Program-made: the position numbers and the translations under genes
Shown here: piece after piece, positions 62,010-64,000 of the stretch
Layout: each line of letters begins with the position of its first letter
How positions within the stretch are numbered: the first letter of the stretch is position 1
Source of the DNA: Elainellaceae cyanobacterium
Lineage (GTDB): Bacteria; Cyanobacteriota; Cyanobacteriia; CAZCXK01
DNA: 64,000 nucleotides
Direction: 5' to 3'
Assembly: GCA_051117555.1 (NCBI GenBank)
Contig: JBNPEG010000021.1
Coordinates: forward strand, 63,101-127,100
Notes under the pieces: generated by a model
Database searches by the model: none
What the model was told of the DNA's origin: nothing
What the model saw: the letters and a program-made list of their open reading frames with translations, nothing else

Positions 62010-63080
62010 TCAAGCAACGTTTGAAGCGGGCTCGAATGTAGGTATTGTTGACTGGAGCGCGCTGGATTGGGATGCCTCTGACATCTGGGCGATCGCCCGA
62101 TCGAGAAGATCACAGCCCTGGACAACTGATTCGATGCGACATAGCCGATCGCGGAGTTCGGCGGCTCCGACAAAGCCTTTTGCATACCAGGTCATGTGTT
62201 TTCTGGCTTGTCGAATGCCGCGATCGCCCTTATAGTCCCACAGCATGCAGAGATGTTCTCGCGCACACTGAAGACGCTGCAAAGGGCTGGGCGATTCTCG
62301 CCGGTTTCCCGTTTTCAAGTAATGATCAATTTCTCCGACCAAAAAGGGATAGCCCAGCGTTCCCCGCGAGCACATGACTCCATCAGCTCCGGTCTGCTCT
62401 AAGCATTGAATCGCCGCTTCAACCGAGAAAATATCGCCATTGGCAATCACAGGAATGCTTAGGGCTTCTTTGACCCTAGCAATCCAATCCCATTGGGCAG
62501 ACCCGTTATAGCCTTGGGCACGAGTTCGTCCATGCAGCGTCAGCAATTGCGCTCCAGCGTCTTCCATGCGCTGGGCAAACTCAACCGCATTGATGGTATC
62601 GTCGCTCCAGCCGATACGCGTCTTGACGGTCACGGGCACATCTACTGCGTTAGCAACCGATTGCACAATCGCTGCTGCCGTATCAGGATCGCGCAATAGC
62701 GACGACCCTCCCCCATTCTTCGTAATTTTGTTGACCGGACAGCCCATATTGATATCTACCGTATCTGCGCCCTGTTCAACCGCTTTCTGAGCCGCCTCTG
62801 CCAAAAAATCGGGGCGGCAATCAAACAGTTGAATGCTGATTGGGCGTTCATTTGGGTCAATGTCCATGATGATTGGCAGGTTGCGCACATGGTGGAGTTC
62901 GCTGGCGCTGACCATCTCGGTATACATCATGGAATCAGGCGCATAGCGCCGCACTAGCCGCCGAAAGGTTAAATCGGTGACCCCTGACAGGGGAGATTGC
63001 AACACGCGACTCGCAATGGTCACAGAGCCGATGGTCAGCGGAGTAGCAAGTCGGGCTTTGAGATCGGCAGACAGGGTCAT
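62010..63080 (-). CDS. dusB: tRNA dihydrouridine synthase DusB
   Basis: SPLSGVTD, DINMGCP, VTVKTRIGW, LHGRT and NGDI motifs. Confidence 0.93.
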   Translation of the reverse strand: MTLSADLKARLATPLTIGSVTIASRVLQSPLSGVTDLTFRRLVRRYAPDSMMYTEMVSASELHHVRNLPIIMDIDPNERPISIQLFDCRPDFLAEAAQKAVEQGADTVDINMGCPVNKITKNGGGSSLLRDPDTAAAIVQSVANAVDVPVTVKTRIGWSDDTINAVEFAQRMEDAGAQLLTLHGRTRAQGYNGSAQWDWIARVKEALSIPVIANGDIFSVEAAIQCLEQTGADGVMCSRGTLGYPFLVGEIDHYLKTGNRRESPSPLQRLQCAREHLCMLWDYKGDRGIRQARKHMTWYAKGFVGAAELRDRLCRIESVVQGCDLLDRAIAQMSEASQSSALQSTIPTFEPASNVA

Positions 63081-63106
63081 TGGGGATGGTTGAGAGGGTA
63101 GGCAAT

Positions 63107-64000
63107 TTAGAAGCGGATTTCGTATTCTAATACAGCTCGGGTGTCGTCTGAGAAATTGGTGGTGCCCCGCAACAGAAATTGGTCGTTGAGTCGGTAGCGG
63201 ATGTTGAATTGGGTCGGTTCTTCGACCGTAAGCAACTGCAATATTGAAAAGGACAAATCATTGGTGATGTCGAATCCAAGTTCGGCAGCAAGCGCTAGGG
63301 ATGCCGTTGCCTGATCGGTGCTGCCACGTTCGCGACCGTCATCAATGACGGTGGTGGGGAACAAGCGGAAGTCGCTGATGCCTAATGCATTGCTGAGCAG
63401 AGTTTGCAACCCGGTTAATAAGGCAGATCCAGCGAGGTTGGCGATCGCCAATGCGCTGTCTCCCCGTCCGAGCGTATCTACAAAACCACCGCCGAGCAGT
63501 GCAATAATCTCGTTCTCGCTTCGGGGGGGACTGCTTCTCAGTTCGATATTGCTAAATAGTTCGCTAGCAGGGCCCATGACGCTGGCTTCTACGCGAACCG
63601 TTTGGACTTCTCCAAAGTCAAATGCAGAGATATCCGCAATTTCCGAGGTGGTAAACGGCGAGGTCGAGACGACAGGGCTGCGCGTTTCTTCAAGAACAGA
63701 CGTGACAAGCTGGATGTCTAAGATTGGGTCTAGTCCGCGATTGGGACTGAATTCTGCGATATTGGTATGAGTGCGGTCTAGATTGAATTGTGACGTAAAC
63801 ACGTTGACCTGACCGCTCCGCAGACGAATCGTTCCGGCTGGGCGAATATCGTCAATAGTGCCGTTGATGAATAAATTTCCGGATGCCACGAAGTTGAGAA
63901 TCGGGGCTCGAGTCAACAAAATTCCGTCGCCTAACGTAATCTCTAAGTCATTAAATTGGGGTGGGGAGACAAATCCGCCAAAGTCAGCAAACGACGTCTG
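63107..64000 (-). CDS. tamB: Translocation/assembly module TamB (DUF490), C-terminal part
   Basis: The reading frame is open to the window edge. LDPILDI, L.SSPPRSENEIIALL and a terminal beta-strand YEIRF. Confidence 0.85.
   Translation of the reverse strand, partial: QTSFADFGGFVSPPQFNDLEITLGDGILLTRAPILNFVASGNLFINGTIDDIRPAGTIRLRSGQVNVFTSQFNLDRTHTNIAEFSPNRGLDPILDIQLVTSVLEETRSPVVSTSPFTTSEIADISAFDFGEVQTVRVEASVMGPASELFSNIELRSSPPRSENEIIALLGGGFVDTLGRGDSALAIANLAGSALLTGLQTLLSNALGISDFRLFPTTVIDDGRERGSTDQATASLALAAELGFDITNDLSFSILQLLTVEEPTQFNIRYRLNDQFLLRGTTNFSDDTRAVLEYEIRF

Larger units (their letters stand above)
1..64000. repeat. HIP1 octamer GCGATCGC dispersed throughout the window
   Basis: Many occurrences in coding and intergenic DNA, often extended to GGGCGATCGCCC (for example near 890, 19493, 48058 and 56673). 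Not counted exactly. Confidence 0.95.

Overview
A cyanobacterial chromosomal segment, identified by the dense HIP1 octamer GCGATCGC, psbP and a CAB-domain ferrochelatase. It probably comes from a filamentous, non-heterocystous Leptolyngbya/Oculatellaceae-like strain (inference from gene content and style). The window is mostly core genome: maf (partial), psbP, a GH57-like protein, ssb, bifunctional mannose-1-P guanylyltransferase/PMM, cobK, pheT, an SpkB-type kinase, rimP-nusA-ylxR-infB, uvrA, gatB, ffh-rpsP-khpA-rpsU-phoH, uvrC, argF, rsmI, a PRK paralogue, hemH, a XisA/C-like tyrosine recombinase, rplS-trnW-secE-nusG-rplK-rplA-rplJ-rplL, dusB and tamB (partial). It also carries four tRNAs (Gln, Arg, His, Trp). 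No CRISPR array, prophage or intact transposase was seen. The most interesting non-coding signal lies between gatB and ffh (33973-34308): two homologous promoter/sRNA/terminator units. Each has a 17-bp palindrome resembling the HetR operator, placed at identical spacing from a CATAAT -10 box, and drives a ~50-nt RNA whose 5' part resembles NsiR1 as I recall it. The two units are separated by a chimeric MITE. Other notable items are several TATAGC-ended palindromic mini-elements with compensatory base changes, an unlisted 59-aa membrane smORF, a pore-less voltage-sensor-like protein, and an L10 with four L12-binding segments.
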